Part shown: positions 50,401-61,839 of the stretch, one piece after another
Layout: each line of letters starts with the position of its first letter
How positions within the stretch are numbered: the first letter of the stretch is position 1
Source of the DNA: Gammaproteobacteria bacterium
GTDB lineage: Bacteria > Pseudomonadota > Gammaproteobacteria > Eutrophobiales > Eutrophobiaceae
DNA: 64,000 bases
Direction of reading: 5' to 3'
Assembly (NCBI GenBank): GCA_965221695.1
Contig: OZ244905.1
Location: forward strand, 1,504,001-1,568,000
Notes under the pieces: generated by a model
Seen by the model: only the letters and a program-made list of their open reading frames with translations
Databases searched by the model: none
Told to the model about the DNA's origin: nothing
Made by a program: the position numbers and the translations under genes

Positions 50401-51621
50401 TTATACGTTGCCTTGAAACCAACTCTTCATTCGATTCCAGATTCCGGTTGTTCCATTCTTGATATACCCTTCGCGCATCCCGCTCTGGTGCTGGCGTCGG
50501 CTATACAGTAATAGTCCCACTCCGGTTGCATAAATCGGATTTTTTACCAATTCGATCAAACCGCCGACATACTGCGGAGACCCCACTCTTACAGGTAGAT
50601 GGAAAACTTCTTCAGCCAGTTCAACCACGCCGCGCATGTTTGAGCTGCCGCCGGTCAAGACAATACCTGCCACGATTTGCCTCTCATAACCACTGCGTCT
50701 TAATTCGGCCTGCACCAGTGAAAACAATTCGACATAACGAGGCTCAACCACTTCTGCCAGTGTTTGAGTGGACATCCGGCGCAACGGCCGGTTGCCGACA
50801 CTGGGAATATCCAAAGTCTCGTCGGAATTGGCAAGCTGTGCCAGCGCACAAGCATGTTGCACCTTGATCTCCTCGGCATTCTTTGTGGGCGTGCGCAGCG
50901 CAACGGCAATGTCATTGGTAACATGGTCGCCCGCAATCGGAATGACCGAAGTATGGGTGATTGCGCCATTGGTAAAGACGGCCAAGTCGGTGGTGCCGCC
51001 GCCAATATCCACAAGACAAACACCCAGATCTTTTTCGTCCTCAGTCAATACCGAATAGCTGGACGCCAGTTGTTCCAGGACAATATCGTCAGCCTCCAGG
51101 CCGCAACGGCGCACGCACTTGATGATGTTCTGGGCCGCGCTGACGGCGCCGGTGACGATATGCACCTTCGCTTCCAACCTCACCCCGGACATGCCGATGG
51201 GTTCCTTAATGCCTTCCTGGTTGTCGATGATGAAATCCCTGGGAATGATGTGCAATATCTTCTGGTCTGCCGGGATAGCCACTGCGCGGGCCGCGTCAAG
51301 CACTCTTTCTATATCGCCCGCAGTGACTTCATTGTCGCGGATCGCGACAATTCCATGCGAATTCAGGCTGCGAATGTGGTTCCCGGCAATCCCCGTAAAC
51401 ACCGCATGGATGTTACACCCGGCCATCAATTCCGCTTCCTGTATGGCGCTTCGAATGGTCTGTACTGTAGACTCTATGTTGACCACCACACCTTTTTTCA
51501 GTCCGCGCGAGCGCGCGGACCCCAGACCGATGATTTCGATGTCGTTTTCCTCGTTTATCTCGGCAACTATTGCAACCACCTTTGACGTGCCGATATCCAG
51601 CCCAACAATTAAATTAGACAT
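50401..51621 (-). CDS. ftsA: Cell division protein FtsA
   Basis: GLDIGTSK, DIGGGTTD, VLTGG; C-terminal amphipathic helix. Confidence 0.99.
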   Translation of the reverse strand: MSNLIVGLDIGTSKVVAIVAEINEENDIEIIGLGSARSRGLKKGVVVNIESTVQTIRSAIQEAELMAGCNIHAVFTGIAGNHIRSLNSHGIVAIRDNEVTAGDIERVLDAARAVAIPADQKILHIIPRDFIIDNQEGIKEPIGMSGVRLEAKVHIVTGAVSAAQNIIKCVRRCGLEADDIVLEQLASSYSVLTEDEKDLGVCLVDIGGGTTDLAVFTNGAITHTSVIPIAGDHVTNDIAVALRTPTKNAEEIKVQHACALAQLANSDETLDIPSVGNRPLRRMSTQTLAEVVEPRYVELFSLVQAELRRSGYERQIVAGIVLTGGSSNMRGVVELAEEVFHLPVRVGSPQYVGGLIELVKNPIYATGVGLLLYSRRQHQSGMREGYIKNGTTGIWNRMKSWFQGNV

Positions 51622-51627
51622 AAGCGC

Positions 51628-52404
51628 TCACCCTGAAACACTGGTTGCGGACCCGCTGGCCCATTTGATCGCAAACCCGTTCGTATATCTCATATCAATC
51701 GATTGTGCCTGCAACAGCTTGTCGGCATGGTATGGGATTGCATAATGAAAAAATCTTTCAAACCTGTCTTCCACATCCTTCCTTCCCAGCAATACCAGCG
51801 GACCCTCCGCAAGTCTGAACTGCCAGGCCCGCCTTTCTGTCAGCGCCAGCGTGTCGACTTCAATGTCTCGCTGCGCAAGTTCCGTTTTCAGGAACTCGAA
51901 TTTTTCCAGTACTGCTTGCTCGCTGCCCTTAGGTCCGTTCAGAAACGGCAATCCGGGCGGAAAGGAGTCCTGCGGCGGTGAAAATATCACCGCGTTGTTG
52001 CTTATCAGGCTGTTGCTGCCCCATAGGGCTACGGGTTCATGTTCTGTGACATAGATAAACAGGCTATCCGGCCAGACCCGCCTGACCACGACGTTGCTGG
52101 CCCACTCATCTTGCAACAATTCCTGTTTGATGCCGTCAATGCTTACGGTGATGAATCCGCCATGGATGGCGTTCGCCGCTTTTCTTTCCAGTTCCGTCGG
52201 AGACAAATGGGCGAAAAGACCGGAAATCTGCACCTTTTTTATCGGCAGGATTTCTGGCCAAGGTATTTTCTGCCAGCAATACACGGCCAGCAAGACACCC
52301 GCTGCCAGAACCAGGAGCCTGATCAGGCGCCACTGCCATTGTGCCAGAGCCATGGCGTCGGCTGAGCTCAAATCATGGTCTGTATCGAGATATAGCTGTT
52401 TCAT
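51628..52404 (-). CDS. ftsQ: Cell division protein FtsQ
   Basis: TM + POTRA 'VRRVWPD.L...VTE..PVA.W', DMRYTNGFA. Confidence 0.95.
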   Translation of the reverse strand: MKQLYLDTDHDLSSADAMALAQWQWRLIRLLVLAAGVLLAVYCWQKIPWPEILPIKKVQISGLFAHLSPTELERKAANAIHGGFITVSIDGIKQELLQDEWASNVVVRRVWPDSLFIYVTEHEPVALWGSNSLISNNAVIFSPPQDSFPPGLPFLNGPKGSEQAVLEKFEFLKTELAQRDIEVDTLALTERRAWQFRLAEGPLVLLGRKDVEDRFERFFHYAIPYHADKLLQAQSIDMRYTNGFAIKWASGSATSVSG

Positions 52405-52406
52405 TA

Positions 52407-53357
52407 TCAGCTACCTCCAGTCATTTCCGGCGTCGGCATGCTCGTATCGAGAACCCGCAACACCAGGTCGTCAAAATCGATTCCCGCCTGACGCGCCGCC
52501 ATCGGAACCAGGCTGTGACCGGTCATGCCGGGAACCGAGTTAATATCGATCAAGCTGGGCCTGCGGCGCTCATCCAGCAGTATATCGACCCGGCCCCAGC
52601 CGCTGGCGCCGATGGCAGCGAATGCTTGCAACGCCAGGTCGGCCATTTCCGCTTCAAGTTCCTGTGAGAGGCCAGAGGGACAGAGATAGCGCGTGTTATC
52701 ATCTTCATATTTGGCCTGGTAGTCATAAAATTCCCGCTCTGTTTCTATTTTAATTACCGGCAAGGCCTGCCCGTTGAGTATGCCCACGGTGTAATCTCCA
52801 CCCGGTAGCCAGCGTTCGCAAAGCGCTTCATCGTCGTAGCTGAGCGCATTCATCCATACCCGCCGTAAGTCCTCCCGGGCAAACGCCTTGGCGATGCCCA
52901 GGCTGGAACCTTCGTGCACCGGTTTCACCATCAGCGGAAATCCCAGTTCCCGGGCTGCCGCGTCAAGATCCTGTTCGTTACGGATAAGTTTGAAATCCGG
53001 GGTCGGCAAGCCCAGTCTTTCCCAGATCCACTTGCACCGCAGTTTGTCCATGGACAGGGCCGAACCCAGCACCCCGCTGCCGGTATAGGGCAGATTCAGA
53101 GTCTCGAGCGCGCCTTGTATGACGCCATCCTCGCCGCCTCGCCCATGCAATGCGTTAAACACGCGATCAAACTCGCCATTAATGAGGTCGGTTGTCACTG
53201 TGGCTCCCACATCGATTTCCCATGCATCCACTCCCTGCCGGCGCAGGGCGGCAAGGATTGAGGCTCCCGTCTGCAACGAGATTTCCCGCTCGGACGATCG
53301 GCCTCCCATCAAAACGGCGACCTTGCCGTAGCGCCTGTGTTGTGTCTGCTTGTTCAA
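52407..53357 (-). CDS. ddl: D-alanine--D-alanine ligase
   Basis: GG.SSEREISL, LHG.GGEDG, GSSLG, FYDYQAKY, N..PGMT..SL.P. Confidence 0.97.
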   Translation of the reverse strand: MNKQTQHRRYGKVAVLMGGRSSEREISLQTGASILAALRRQGVDAWEIDVGATVTTDLINGEFDRVFNALHGRGGEDGVIQGALETLNLPYTGSGVLGSALSMDKLRCKWIWERLGLPTPDFKLIRNEQDLDAAARELGFPLMVKPVHEGSSLGIAKAFAREDLRRVWMNALSYDDEALCERWLPGGDYTVGILNGQALPVIKIETEREFYDYQAKYEDDNTRYLCPSGLSQELEAEMADLALQAFAAIGASGWGRVDILLDERRRPSLIDINSVPGMTGHSLVPMAARQAGIDFDDLVLRVLDTSMPTPEMTGGS

Positions 53358-54280
53358 TATCCCACGCTCCTGGATGCGCCTATTATTTTCACTTCTCGCT
53401 CCAATTCGATACCCGTCAGTTGCGCCACGGTTGTTTGCACATGCGCGATCAAGTCTTCAATGTCGGCCGCGCTCGCCTGGCCCGTATTGACGATGAAATT
53501 TGCATGTTTTTCCGACACGCTGGCGCCCCCTATGGCGCAATTCTTGAGGCCGCATTGCTCAATCAACCTGCCGGCGAAGTCGCCGGTCGGATTCTTGAAG
53601 ACGGAACCGCAACTGAACTGGCCGGTGGGCTGGCTTGCGGCCCTCTGCGCCAGCAAATCCCTGATCCGGGCCTCAGCCATCATTTCAGTATCCGGGCTGA
53701 GTTGGAATATCGCGCCCAGAAACCACTCATCCGACGCCAGACCAACGCGGCGATACCCGGTATCGAAATCGCAACCTGTTCTTTGCATGCGCGCGCCCGC
53801 TCGGTTCACTAACTCAACTCGTTCAACAATATTCCAGGTCTCCGAACCGAAGGCGCCAGCGTTCATGGCCAGCGCTCCGCCCACCGATCCCGGGATCCCC
53901 GCCATAAATTCCGCGCCGGACAGGTTACTCCGGGCGCTGAACCGAGCCACTTTTGCGCAAGCAACGCCGCAACCGGCCCGGAGCGTATTGCCGGGAAGCA
54001 ATTCCAACCTGTCTTTCATTCCCCTGGTCGAAATAACAACGCCCCTGATGCCGCCATCCCGCACCAGCACATTACTGCCCAGTCCTATCCAGGTAACCGG
54101 CTCGGTATCCGGCAACGCGGCAAGAAAACCGGCCAGATCCTGTTCATCGACTGGCGCGAAAAACAGGTCCGCGGGTCCGCCAACTTTCCAGGAAGTGTGC
54201 CGGGACATGTTCTCTCCTGCCGTTAATCTGCCCCGTATGGCCTGCTCGTCAAGATATCCGGTAACGGTTTTCATAAGCAT
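53354..54280 (-). CDS. murB: UDP-N-acetylmuramate dehydrogenase
   Basis: GGPAD, G.GSN.L, GIPGSVGGA..MNAGA, GSVFKNP, KHANF, LE.EV. Confidence 0.97.
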   Translation of the reverse strand: MLMKTVTGYLDEQAIRGRLTAGENMSRHTSWKVGGPADLFFAPVDEQDLAGFLAALPDTEPVTWIGLGSNVLVRDGGIRGVVISTRGMKDRLELLPGNTLRAGCGVACAKVARFSARSNLSGAEFMAGIPGSVGGALAMNAGAFGSETWNIVERVELVNRAGARMQRTGCDFDTGYRRVGLASDEWFLGAIFQLSPDTEMMAEARIRDLLAQRAASQPTGQFSCGSVFKNPTGDFAGRLIEQCGLKNCAIGGASVSEKHANFIVNTGQASAADIEDLIAHVQTTVAQLTGIELEREVKIIGASRSVGY

Positions 54281-55690
54281 TTATGGGCTCCCGCTGCGGT
54301 ACGCGTCGAGTAGCCGGCCACCCAGCGCGCTGATATCTCCGGCGCCCAACAGCAGCAGGATATCGTTATCTTCGGTAACGCTTTCCAGCAGTGAACGCAA
54401 TTCTGCCTCGTCATTGGCCAGGATAGGCTCCACTTTGCCTCTGACTCGGATCGCCCGGCTCAGTGAACGGCTGTCGGCGCCCTGTATGGGTTGCTCTCCG
54501 GCAGGATATACGTCAAGTAGAATCAATGTGTTGAGTTCCGACAATGCCTGGCAGAACTCTTCAAACAAATCCCGGGTGCGGGTATAACGATGTGGCTGGA
54601 ATACCGCCACCAGTCTCCTACCGGGCCAGCCGTCGGCTACGGCGCGGGTGATGGCTGCTATTTCACTGGGATGGTGCGCGTAATCATCAATCAACAAGAC
54701 CAACTTGCCATTGATACGTATATTCCCCAGTATCGAACTCCTGCGAGCTATACCTTGGAAATTTGCCAATCCGGCGCTGATTGCCTGCCTGGACACACCG
54801 AGTTCTGTTGCCAGAGCTACGGCCGCCAATGCATTGAGGACGTTATGGCGCCCCGGCAGGTTCAATGTTACCCGGAACGGTTCGTCCCCGGTGGCGCGCG
54901 CGATGTTGAAACTGGCGCACGGGCCGGCAAACTCGATCGCCTCCGCTCGGTAATCCGCAGCGGATTCTATGCCGTAGGTGACGTAGGGGCGGTTTATACG
55001 CGGGAGAATCTCGCGGATGCCGGGGTCATCGCCGCAGATGACAACCAGACCGTAAAACGGCAGGCAGTGCAAAAAGTCAATAAAATTGTCTTGCAGCGCC
55101 TGATAACTGCCGCCGCAATATTCCAGGTGGTCGGCATCGATGTTCGTCAAGGCCGCGTACATCGGCGACAGGTGCAGAAATGAAGCGTCGCTCTCATCCG
55201 CCTCGGCTACGATGTATTTCCCCTTGCCCAATCGGGCATGGGAACCGCTCATGTTCAAACGGCCGCCGATAATATAGGTCGGGTCGAACATCCCTTCCGC
55301 CAGCAGGCTGGCAATCAGGCTGGTGGTCGTGGTTTTGCCATGGGTGCCGGCCACGGCGATCCCTTCGCTGAAACGCATCAGTTCGGACAACATTTCCGCG
55401 CGCGGGATGATTGGTATGCGCTTGGCCCGCGCGGCTTGCAATTCCGGGTTGTCGGCAGGCACAGCGCTTGAATAAACCACGACATCGCTGCCGTTGACGC
55501 ATTCCGCACTGTGCTCAAAGCGCACCTCGACACCCATGCCGGCGAGTCTTTCCGTGATGCTGCCGCGCGCCAGATCGGTGCCCGTCACCGTATACCCAAG
55601 GTTATGCAGCACCTCGGCAATCCCGCTCATACCAGCGCCGCCGATGCCGACGAAATGGATTTGTCTGACCCGCCGCATTTCAACTCGCAT
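54281..55690 (-). CDS. murC: UDP-N-acetylmuramate--L-alanine ligase
   Basis: GIGGAGMSGIA, GTHGKTTTT, EADESD, DDYAHHP. Confidence 0.98.
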   Translation of the reverse strand: MRVEMRRVRQIHFVGIGGAGMSGIAEVLHNLGYTVTGTDLARGSITERLAGMGVEVRFEHSAECVNGSDVVVYSSAVPADNPELQAARAKRIPIIPRAEMLSELMRFSEGIAVAGTHGKTTTTSLIASLLAEGMFDPTYIIGGRLNMSGSHARLGKGKYIVAEADESDASFLHLSPMYAALTNIDADHLEYCGGSYQALQDNFIDFLHCLPFYGLVVICGDDPGIREILPRINRPYVTYGIESAADYRAEAIEFAGPCASFNIARATGDEPFRVTLNLPGRHNVLNALAAVALATELGVSRQAISAGLANFQGIARRSSILGNIRINGKLVLLIDDYAHHPSEIAAITRAVADGWPGRRLVAVFQPHRYTRTRDLFEEFCQALSELNTLILLDVYPAGEQPIQGADSRSLSRAIRVRGKVEPILANDEAELRSLLESVTEDNDILLLLGAGDISALGGRLLDAYRSGSP

Positions 55691-56783
55691 TTTCCGCCAC
55701 TCCGCTATTCACATACTCAAGGCAACGGTCGCCCACCGCCTGCGTCGCATCGGGGAACGCGCATAACCGGGCGTTGCGCGCCAGTTCGGACAACCTGTTT
55801 TCTACGCTGCACAACCGCCATAGCAGGTCTTCAATGCCAGCCTCGGTCAGCTCTTCTTCCGGGAGCAACAACGCCGCGCCGGCATCGCACAGGTAACGGG
55901 CATTGGCTGTCTGATGATCGTCGATGGCAAACGGGAACGGGACCAGGATTGAACCGAGTCCCGCAGCGCATAGTTCCGCAATGGTCAGCGCGCCGGCCCT
56001 GCAAACAGCAATATCTGCCCACTTGTACGCCGAGGCCATATCGACGATAAACGGGTCAAGCTTGACCTGATCCAGTTGCAGGCCAGCATACACACGCTGC
56101 GTATCGGCCAGGCGCTGCTCTCCGCATTGGTGCCAGACGTTCACTTTCTGCCTGCGCCGCAACCTGTTCAAACCCCGCGGCGCTATCCGGTTCAGTTGCC
56201 GCGCGCCCTGGCTGCCGCCGAGCACCAGCACATTTAATCTGTCGGAGGAGCGGGCAGATTTCCACCCCGGAAGGTCTACAATCTCCCGGCGCACAGGATT
56301 ACCCGTTGTAACAACCTTGGCGCTATCCTCGAAAGCGCCCGGAAAACCCTGCATGATCTGCGTCGCAAACCGGGCCAGGATGCGGTTGGTAGAGCCTGCG
56401 ATCCTGTTCTGCTCGTGTATCAGTAACGGAATGCGCAACAACCAGGCTGCGATGCCGCCCGGCCCGCTGGCAAAGCCGCCCATGCCCAACGCCGCGGCCG
56501 GTTGCCTTTGGATACAGATGCGCAAGGACTGGAGGATCGCTAGCAGAATTTTCACCGGCGCCGCCAATTTGCTTTGCAGCCCCTTGCCGCGCACTCCGCT
56601 CACCCTGACGGTCAACAACTCTATGCCCTGTTTCGGCACAACCTGATTTTCTATCCCATGGGGCGTTCCCAGCCAGAACAAGCGCGCCCCGCGCGCGCGC
56701 AAATATTCCGCCACGGCCAGCGCCGGGTAAACATGCCCGCCGGTGCCGCCCGCCATGATCATGATTGGGCTGTTACGCTTCAC
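55680..56783 (-). CDS. murG: MurG glycosyltransferase
   Basis: AGGTGGH, HEQN, GNPVR, GGSQGA, RAGALT..E, DHQ..NA; probable GTG at 56783. Confidence 0.97.
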   Translation of the reverse strand: MKRNSPIMIMAGGTGGHVYPALAVAEYLRARGARLFWLGTPHGIENQVVPKQGIELLTVRVSGVRGKGLQSKLAAPVKILLAILQSLRICIQRQPAAALGMGGFASGPGGIAAWLLRIPLLIHEQNRIAGSTNRILARFATQIMQGFPGAFEDSAKVVTTGNPVRREIVDLPGWKSARSSDRLNVLVLGGSQGARQLNRIAPRGLNRLRRRQKVNVWHQCGEQRLADTQRVYAGLQLDQVKLDPFIVDMASAYKWADIAVCRAGALTIAELCAAGLGSILVPFPFAIDDHQTANARYLCDAGAALLLPEEELTEAGIEDLLWRLCSVENRLSELARNARLCAFPDATQAVGDRCLEYVNSGVAENAS

Positions 56784-57963
56784 GACCGCCTCCCTGCCTG
56801 CGTATCCTGATGCCTCGGGGATATCGGTTTTCCAAATCAATGCGCAACAGGATTGCCACAAGTATGCAACTGCTGAGGATACTATTGGCGCCATAACTGA
56901 ATAACGGCAAGGTCAGACCCTTAGTAGGCAACAACCCCACGTTTACGCCCATGTGGATAAATGCCTGGATACCCATGATTAAGCCGATGCCATACGCCAT
57001 ATGCGAGGCAAAGTATTTCCCCAACTGATGGGCGTGACCGGCGATGCTGAATGCTCTCCAGACAAATACCAGGAAAGCCGCGGTCAACAGCAGGGAGAAC
57101 AGCAGTCCCAGTTCCTCAGCGGAAATGGCAAAGATAAAATCCGTATGGGCTTGGGTCAGGTAAAATAGCTTCTGCACGCTGCTGCCCAGACCTACACCCA
57201 GCCACTCGCCCCGGCCGAATGCGATCAGTGACTGGATGAGCTGATAGCCGGAATTGAAAGGGTCCTGCCAAGGATCGATAAATGCCTTCAATCTGGCCAG
57301 GCGGTAGGATGGAAAGACCGCCAGCGCGCCCAGCGCTGCCACCATCACTGGAATCCAGATCAGAAACCGGCTGGCGGGAATGCCGGCCAGGAACAACATA
57401 CCCACAGCCGTCAGAAAAATGACCACGACCGAACCGTAATCAGGCTCGAGCAGCAACAGCCCGGAAATGACGATCACCACACTGATGGGACGCATGAAAC
57501 CGCTAAACGTCATGCGCACACTGTCCGCATGCCGCGTCAGGTACGCGGCCACATAGGCAATAATGCACACCTTGGCCAGTTCGGAGCTTTGCAGATTGAC
57601 CGGACCCAACCGGATCCAGCGGGCGCTGCCATTGATTTCACGGCCTACGCCGGGGATCAGTACCAATACGAGTAGCGCCAGCGCCAGCAACAGCAACGGC
57701 GCGCTGAGTTTTTCCCATACAATCACCGGAGATTTCAGGATCATGGCGCCCAACGCCAGGCTCAGCGCGAGCGAGAAAACCTGGCGTCGAAAATAGTAGA
57801 ACGGATCATCGTGCAATCGTTCGGCGAGCGCAACGGAGGAGGAAGCCACCATTACCAACCCTGCGACCAACAAAAACAGAACAACGATAACCAGCCAGGG
57901 ATCATGATCGTGCCAGCTTGAAGCCTTCACATCCTGGAGCCTGACTGCCTGCAATTTCTGCAT
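56773..57963 (-). CDS. ftsW: Peptidoglycan polymerase FtsW
   Basis: NG..RWI, Q.SE..K, EPD.G, GYQL.QSL, HTDFIF, KGLTLP..SYG; probable ATG at 57963. Confidence 0.97.
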   Translation of the reverse strand: MQKLQAVRLQDVKASSWHDHDPWLVIVVLFLLVAGLVMVASSSVALAERLHDDPFYYFRRQVFSLALSLALGAMILKSPVIVWEKLSAPLLLLALALLVLVLIPGVGREINGSARWIRLGPVNLQSSELAKVCIIAYVAAYLTRHADSVRMTFSGFMRPISVVIVISGLLLLEPDYGSVVVIFLTAVGMLFLAGIPASRFLIWIPVMVAALGALAVFPSYRLARLKAFIDPWQDPFNSGYQLIQSLIAFGRGEWLGVGLGSSVQKLFYLTQAHTDFIFAISAEELGLLFSLLLTAAFLVFVWRAFSIAGHAHQLGKYFASHMAYGIGLIMGIQAFIHMGVNVGLLPTKGLTLPLFSYGANSILSSCILVAILLRIDLENRYPRGIRIRRQGGGREA

Positions 57964-59321
57964 TATTGATCTCCCCGGGCGCTGATCTTGGCGAGCGCGC
58001 GCTTGAAAGCGTCGCCGCGATCGGCGAAATCCTTGAACATGTCGATACTGGCGCACGCGGGGGACAACAACACGGTATCTCCGGGCTGCGCGCAACGCCG
58101 TGCCGCGTTCACCGCCGCGTCCATTCCGGTAGCATAAAATACGGCGCTGCTTTCCGGCGCTATACGGGCAATATCCGGCGCGCTGTTTCCTATGAGGATG
58201 GTTGCTTTCACATATTTTCCCAACACGTCTGCGAGCGGCGAAAAGTCCGCGCCCTTACCATCGCCCCCGGCAATCAGAATTATGTTCTTGCGCTGCTGCG
58301 ATAATCCGCGCAGAGCCGCCAGGGTTGCTCCGACATTGGTTCCCTTGGAATCATTGAACCAGTCTACGCCGCTGATCCTGGCCACCCATTCACAACGGTG
58401 CGGCAACCCGACAAAAGCACGCGCGGCTTCCAGCATGGATGGCATCGGCAGTTCCAGGGCGCTGCCCAACGCCAGGCACGCCAGCGCGTTGGCCAGGTTG
58501 TGCCGGCCATATATCTTGAGCTCGGATTGTCTGATCAAGGCCTTATTCCGATGCGCCAACCAGACCTCGCCGGCGCGCTCCAGCACGCAGAAGTCTGCCT
58601 CGGGCCGGATCATGGAATAACTGATCGTTGTGCGCTCCGGTCGCGACATAGAGCGCACGATTTCATCATCCAGGTTGATAATCATGACGCCGTCTCCGGC
58701 GTAGATATTTTGCTTGGCGCGCGCATACTCCGTCATCTCCCCGTGACGGTCGAGGTGATCCGCCGACACGTTGAGCGCCGCCGCGGCGACAGGTCTGTGC
58801 GAGCGCAAGGTCTCAAGCTGGAAACTGGATAATTCCAGCAAGTAGTAATCCGGCGCCGGCTGCGCCAGCAAATCCAGCGCTGGAATTCCGATATTTCCTC
58901 CCAGGCCAACGCGCAGACCCGCGCGTTCCAGCATCTTCGCCAGCAAGCTCACCACCGTGCTCTTGCCGTTTGACCCGGTTACCGCAACCAGCGGCGCGTT
59001 AATATGGCGGCAGAAAACCTCCACATCTCCCAGGATTTCCACTCCTGCGCTGGCCGCGGCGCGGATAGCCGGATGATTCAGCGCGATTCCCGGACTGACG
59101 ATCAGACGGCGCGCCCGGCACAGCAGGTCGGGCTGGAATTCGCCCGGAAAGAACGGCATATCCGGATAACGCTGTTTCAGATCTGAAAGCCCGGGCGGCT
59201 CCTGCCTGGTGTCGGCCACCCCCACACGCTCTGCTGAACCTGCCAGGTAACTGACACAGGACAGACCGGTCCTGCCCAATCCCAGCACCAGTGTATCAAA
59301 GCGTTGCGCGCGTTCAGTCAT
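57963..59321 (-). CDS. murD: UDP-MurNAc-L-Ala--D-Glu ligase
   Basis: GLG.TG, TGSNGKST, ELSSFQLE, DHLDRH, NDSKGTN, LSPACAS.D. Start is 59321 or 59369. Confidence 0.97.
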   Translation of the reverse strand: MTERAQRFDTLVLGLGRTGLSCVSYLAGSAERVGVADTRQEPPGLSDLKQRYPDMPFFPGEFQPDLLCRARRLIVSPGIALNHPAIRAAASAGVEILGDVEVFCRHINAPLVAVTGSNGKSTVVSLLAKMLERAGLRVGLGGNIGIPALDLLAQPAPDYYLLELSSFQLETLRSHRPVAAAALNVSADHLDRHGEMTEYARAKQNIYAGDGVMIINLDDEIVRSMSRPERTTISYSMIRPEADFCVLERAGEVWLAHRNKALIRQSELKIYGRHNLANALACLALGSALELPMPSMLEAARAFVGLPHRCEWVARISGVDWFNDSKGTNVGATLAALRGLSQQRKNIILIAGGDGKGADFSPLADVLGKYVKATILIGNSAPDIARIAPESSAVFYATGMDAAVNAARRCAQPGDTVLLSPACASIDMFKDFADRGDAFKRALAKISARGDQ

Positions 59322-59389
59322 ATGGCGGTCGTCGGTAGCATTTGCAGCCAGCGTAGTTGTCGAACCCATGTCTCGATGCCAAGCCCCCG

Positions 59390-60472
59390 TCACCTGATCT
59401 TCATGCTGGCCAGTCCGATGAGCACCAGGATCACTGTAATGATCCAGAAGCGCACAATGACTCGCGGCTCGGGCCAACCCTTTAATTCATAGTGGTGATG
59501 CAGCGGCGCCATGCGGAATATTCTCTTGCCGGTAAGCTTGAATGAACTGACCTGCAGGATAACGGAAACCGTTTCGATGACGAACACGCCGCCCATGATG
59601 AACAGGACCAACTCTTGCCTGACGATTACCGCGATGGTTCCGAGCGCGGCGCCCAGGGACAGGGCGCCGATGTCGCCCATGAACACTTGGGCAGGATAAG
59701 TGTTGAACCAGAGAAAGCCCAGGCCGGAGCCGGCGATGGCCGCGCAGACAATACAGATTTCGCCGACACCGGGCACATAGGGGAAGCCGAGATATTCAGC
59801 AAAACTGACATGGCCGGTAACGTAGGCAAACGCAGTCAGCCCGCCCACAACCATAACGGTCGGCATGATCGCCAGACCGTCCAGTCCGTCTGTAAGGTTC
59901 ACCGCGTTGCTTGAGCCCACTATGACTAAATAGCTGGTCAGGATGAACAGCAAACCCAGTTCATAATTGAAGGATTTGATAAACGGCAGGATCAGTGTCG
60001 TCTGCGCGGGCGCGCCGGCGCTCGCATACAGGTAGCCGGCGATGGAAAGAGCAAACACCGACTGCCAGAAATATTTCCATCGAGCGCTCAGACCCTTGGA
60101 ATTCTTGCGCATGATCTTCCGGTAATCGTCCACCCAGCCGAGCAAGCCGAATGCCAGGATGGCGGCAAACACGACCCAGACGAAGCGGTTGGAGAGATCC
60201 GCCCAGCAAAGTATGCTGATGGAGATGGAAAATAGTATCAGCGCGCCGCCCATGGTCGGCGTGCCAGCCTTTTCCAGGTGCGTCTGCGGGCCGTCAGCGC
60301 GCACTTCCTGGCCTATGCGGTATTTGTCCAGGTAGCGGATCAGCATCGGACCGGCCAGCAACGTTACGAACAGGGCGGTCAGGGCGCCAAGGATAGTGCG
60401 GGTAACGATATATTGAAACGCATTGAACCCGCTGTAGAACTGCGTCAGGTATTCCGCCAGCCAGAACAGCAT
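59390..60472 (-). CDS. mraY: Phospho-MurNAc-pentapeptide transferase
   Basis: [36 protein letters not shown]. Confidence 0.99.
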   Translation of the reverse strand: MLFWLAEYLTQFYSGFNAFQYIVTRTILGALTALFVTLLAGPMLIRYLDKYRIGQEVRADGPQTHLEKAGTPTMGGALILFSISISILCWADLSNRFVWVVFAAILAFGLLGWVDDYRKIMRKNSKGLSARWKYFWQSVFALSIAGYLYASAGAPAQTTLILPFIKSFNYELGLLFILTSYLVIVGSSNAVNLTDGLDGLAIMPTVMVVGGLTAFAYVTGHVSFAEYLGFPYVPGVGEICIVCAAIAGSGLGFLWFNTYPAQVFMGDIGALSLGAALGTIAVIVRQELVLFIMGGVFVIETVSVILQVSSFKLTGKRIFRMAPLHHHYELKGWPEPRVIVRFWIITVILVLIGLASMKIR

Positions 60473-61839
60473 CAGACGCTCCCCTCAGCCAGCGCTTCCA
60501 CCACGCGCTCCATGGCCATGGACCTGGAACCTTTGACCAGCAATACGAGGTCCGGGCGCAGTTCATTGCGCAAGGTCTTGACCAGGTCATCCAGCGCAGA
60601 GAAATGCGCCGCGCCGACGCCGAAACCGGCGACCGCACGCGCGGCGAGTTCCCCGAAACCGTAGAGGCGTTCGATGCCAAGTTCGCGCGCTTCTGCGCCG
60701 GCCTGTTCGTGCAGACTGGAAGCGTCGGCGCCGAGTTCGCCCATATCACCCAGGATCAACCAGGCTCGTCCCGGCATTTCACGCGCAACCTTGAGGGCGG
60801 CGACCAGCGACGCGGGGTTGGCGTTATAGGTATCGTCAATTAAGAGCGCGCCGCGCGCGCCGGTTTTCAACTGCATCCTGCCCTTGACGGGTTGCGCCTT
60901 GCGCAGCCCTGACTGAATCTGGTCTAGCGGAATATCAATTGCAATACAACAAGCTGCCGCCGCCAGCGCGTTCATGACATTATGGCGGCCCGCCAAGCTC
61001 AATTCCATGGCGATACTGGTATCGGTCCCGGAGTCGTTCAATACCAGGTCGAAGCAAACCCGCCCCGCGCCGGGAGTCAGATCGACATTCTGCGCGCGCA
61101 CATCCGCCCGCGAGTCCATACCGAAGGTGATCTGCCGGTAACCGCGGGAACGCTCCAACCATAGTTGCGCGCGTTCGTCGTCGATATTGATGATGGCGAC
61201 GCCGCCCGGCGCCAGTCCTGTGTAAATTTCAGCCTTGGCCTCGGCTACTCCCGCAACAGAGCCGAATCCCTCAAGATGGGCCGGCGCGCAGAGGGTAATC
61301 AGCGCCACATCCGGTCTGGTAATATGGCTTAACCAGCTTATTTCTCCGGGGTGGTTAGCGCCCATTTCGACTACCGCGTGCCGGTAGCCGGCAGCCAGTT
61401 TGAACAGGGTCAACGGAACGCCGATATCGTTGTTGAAATTTCCCTGGGTAGATAGCGTCTCACCATTGATGGACAGGATTGATCTGATCATTTCCTTGAC
61501 CGTGGTCTTGCCATTGCTGCCTGTCACCGCAATGACCGGCAAGTCGAACCCGGCGCGCCAGTGTCCTGCCAACTGACCCGCCCGTTTCCTGGCGTCATCC
61601 ACCTTAATCACGGGCAACGGATAGTTGTGATCCCGATCCACCAGCGCCGCGCTAGCGCCCCGCGCCAATGCGTCAGAAATAAAATCATGGCCGTCCCGTT
61701 CCGGTCCGCGCAAGGCGATGAACAACTCTCCAGCTTGTAGTGTGCGGCTATCGTAACTGCAACCGGCAAACTGCCGATCCTCTCCACAGAGTTGGCCCTC
61801 CAGAACGGCGCTGGCCGCTGATAACCACATGCTGATCAT
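60472..61839 (-). CDS. murF: UDP-MurNAc-tripeptide--D-Ala-D-Ala ligase
   Basis: [39 protein letters not shown]. Confidence 0.98.
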   Translation of the reverse strand: MISMWLSAASAVLEGQLCGEDRQFAGCSYDSRTLQAGELFIALRGPERDGHDFISDALARGASAALVDRDHNYPLPVIKVDDARKRAGQLAGHWRAGFDLPVIAVTGSNGKTTVKEMIRSILSINGETLSTQGNFNNDIGVPLTLFKLAAGYRHAVVEMGANHPGEISWLSHITRPDVALITLCAPAHLEGFGSVAGVAEAKAEIYTGLAPGGVAIINIDDERAQLWLERSRGYRQITFGMDSRADVRAQNVDLTPGAGRVCFDLVLNDSGTDTSIAMELSLAGRHNVMNALAAAACCIAIDIPLDQIQSGLRKAQPVKGRMQLKTGARGALLIDDTYNANPASLVAALKVAREMPGRAWLILGDMGELGADASSLHEQAGAEARELGIERLYGFGELAARAVAGFGVGAAHFSALDDLVKTLRNELRPDLVLLVKGSRSMAMERVVEALAEGSV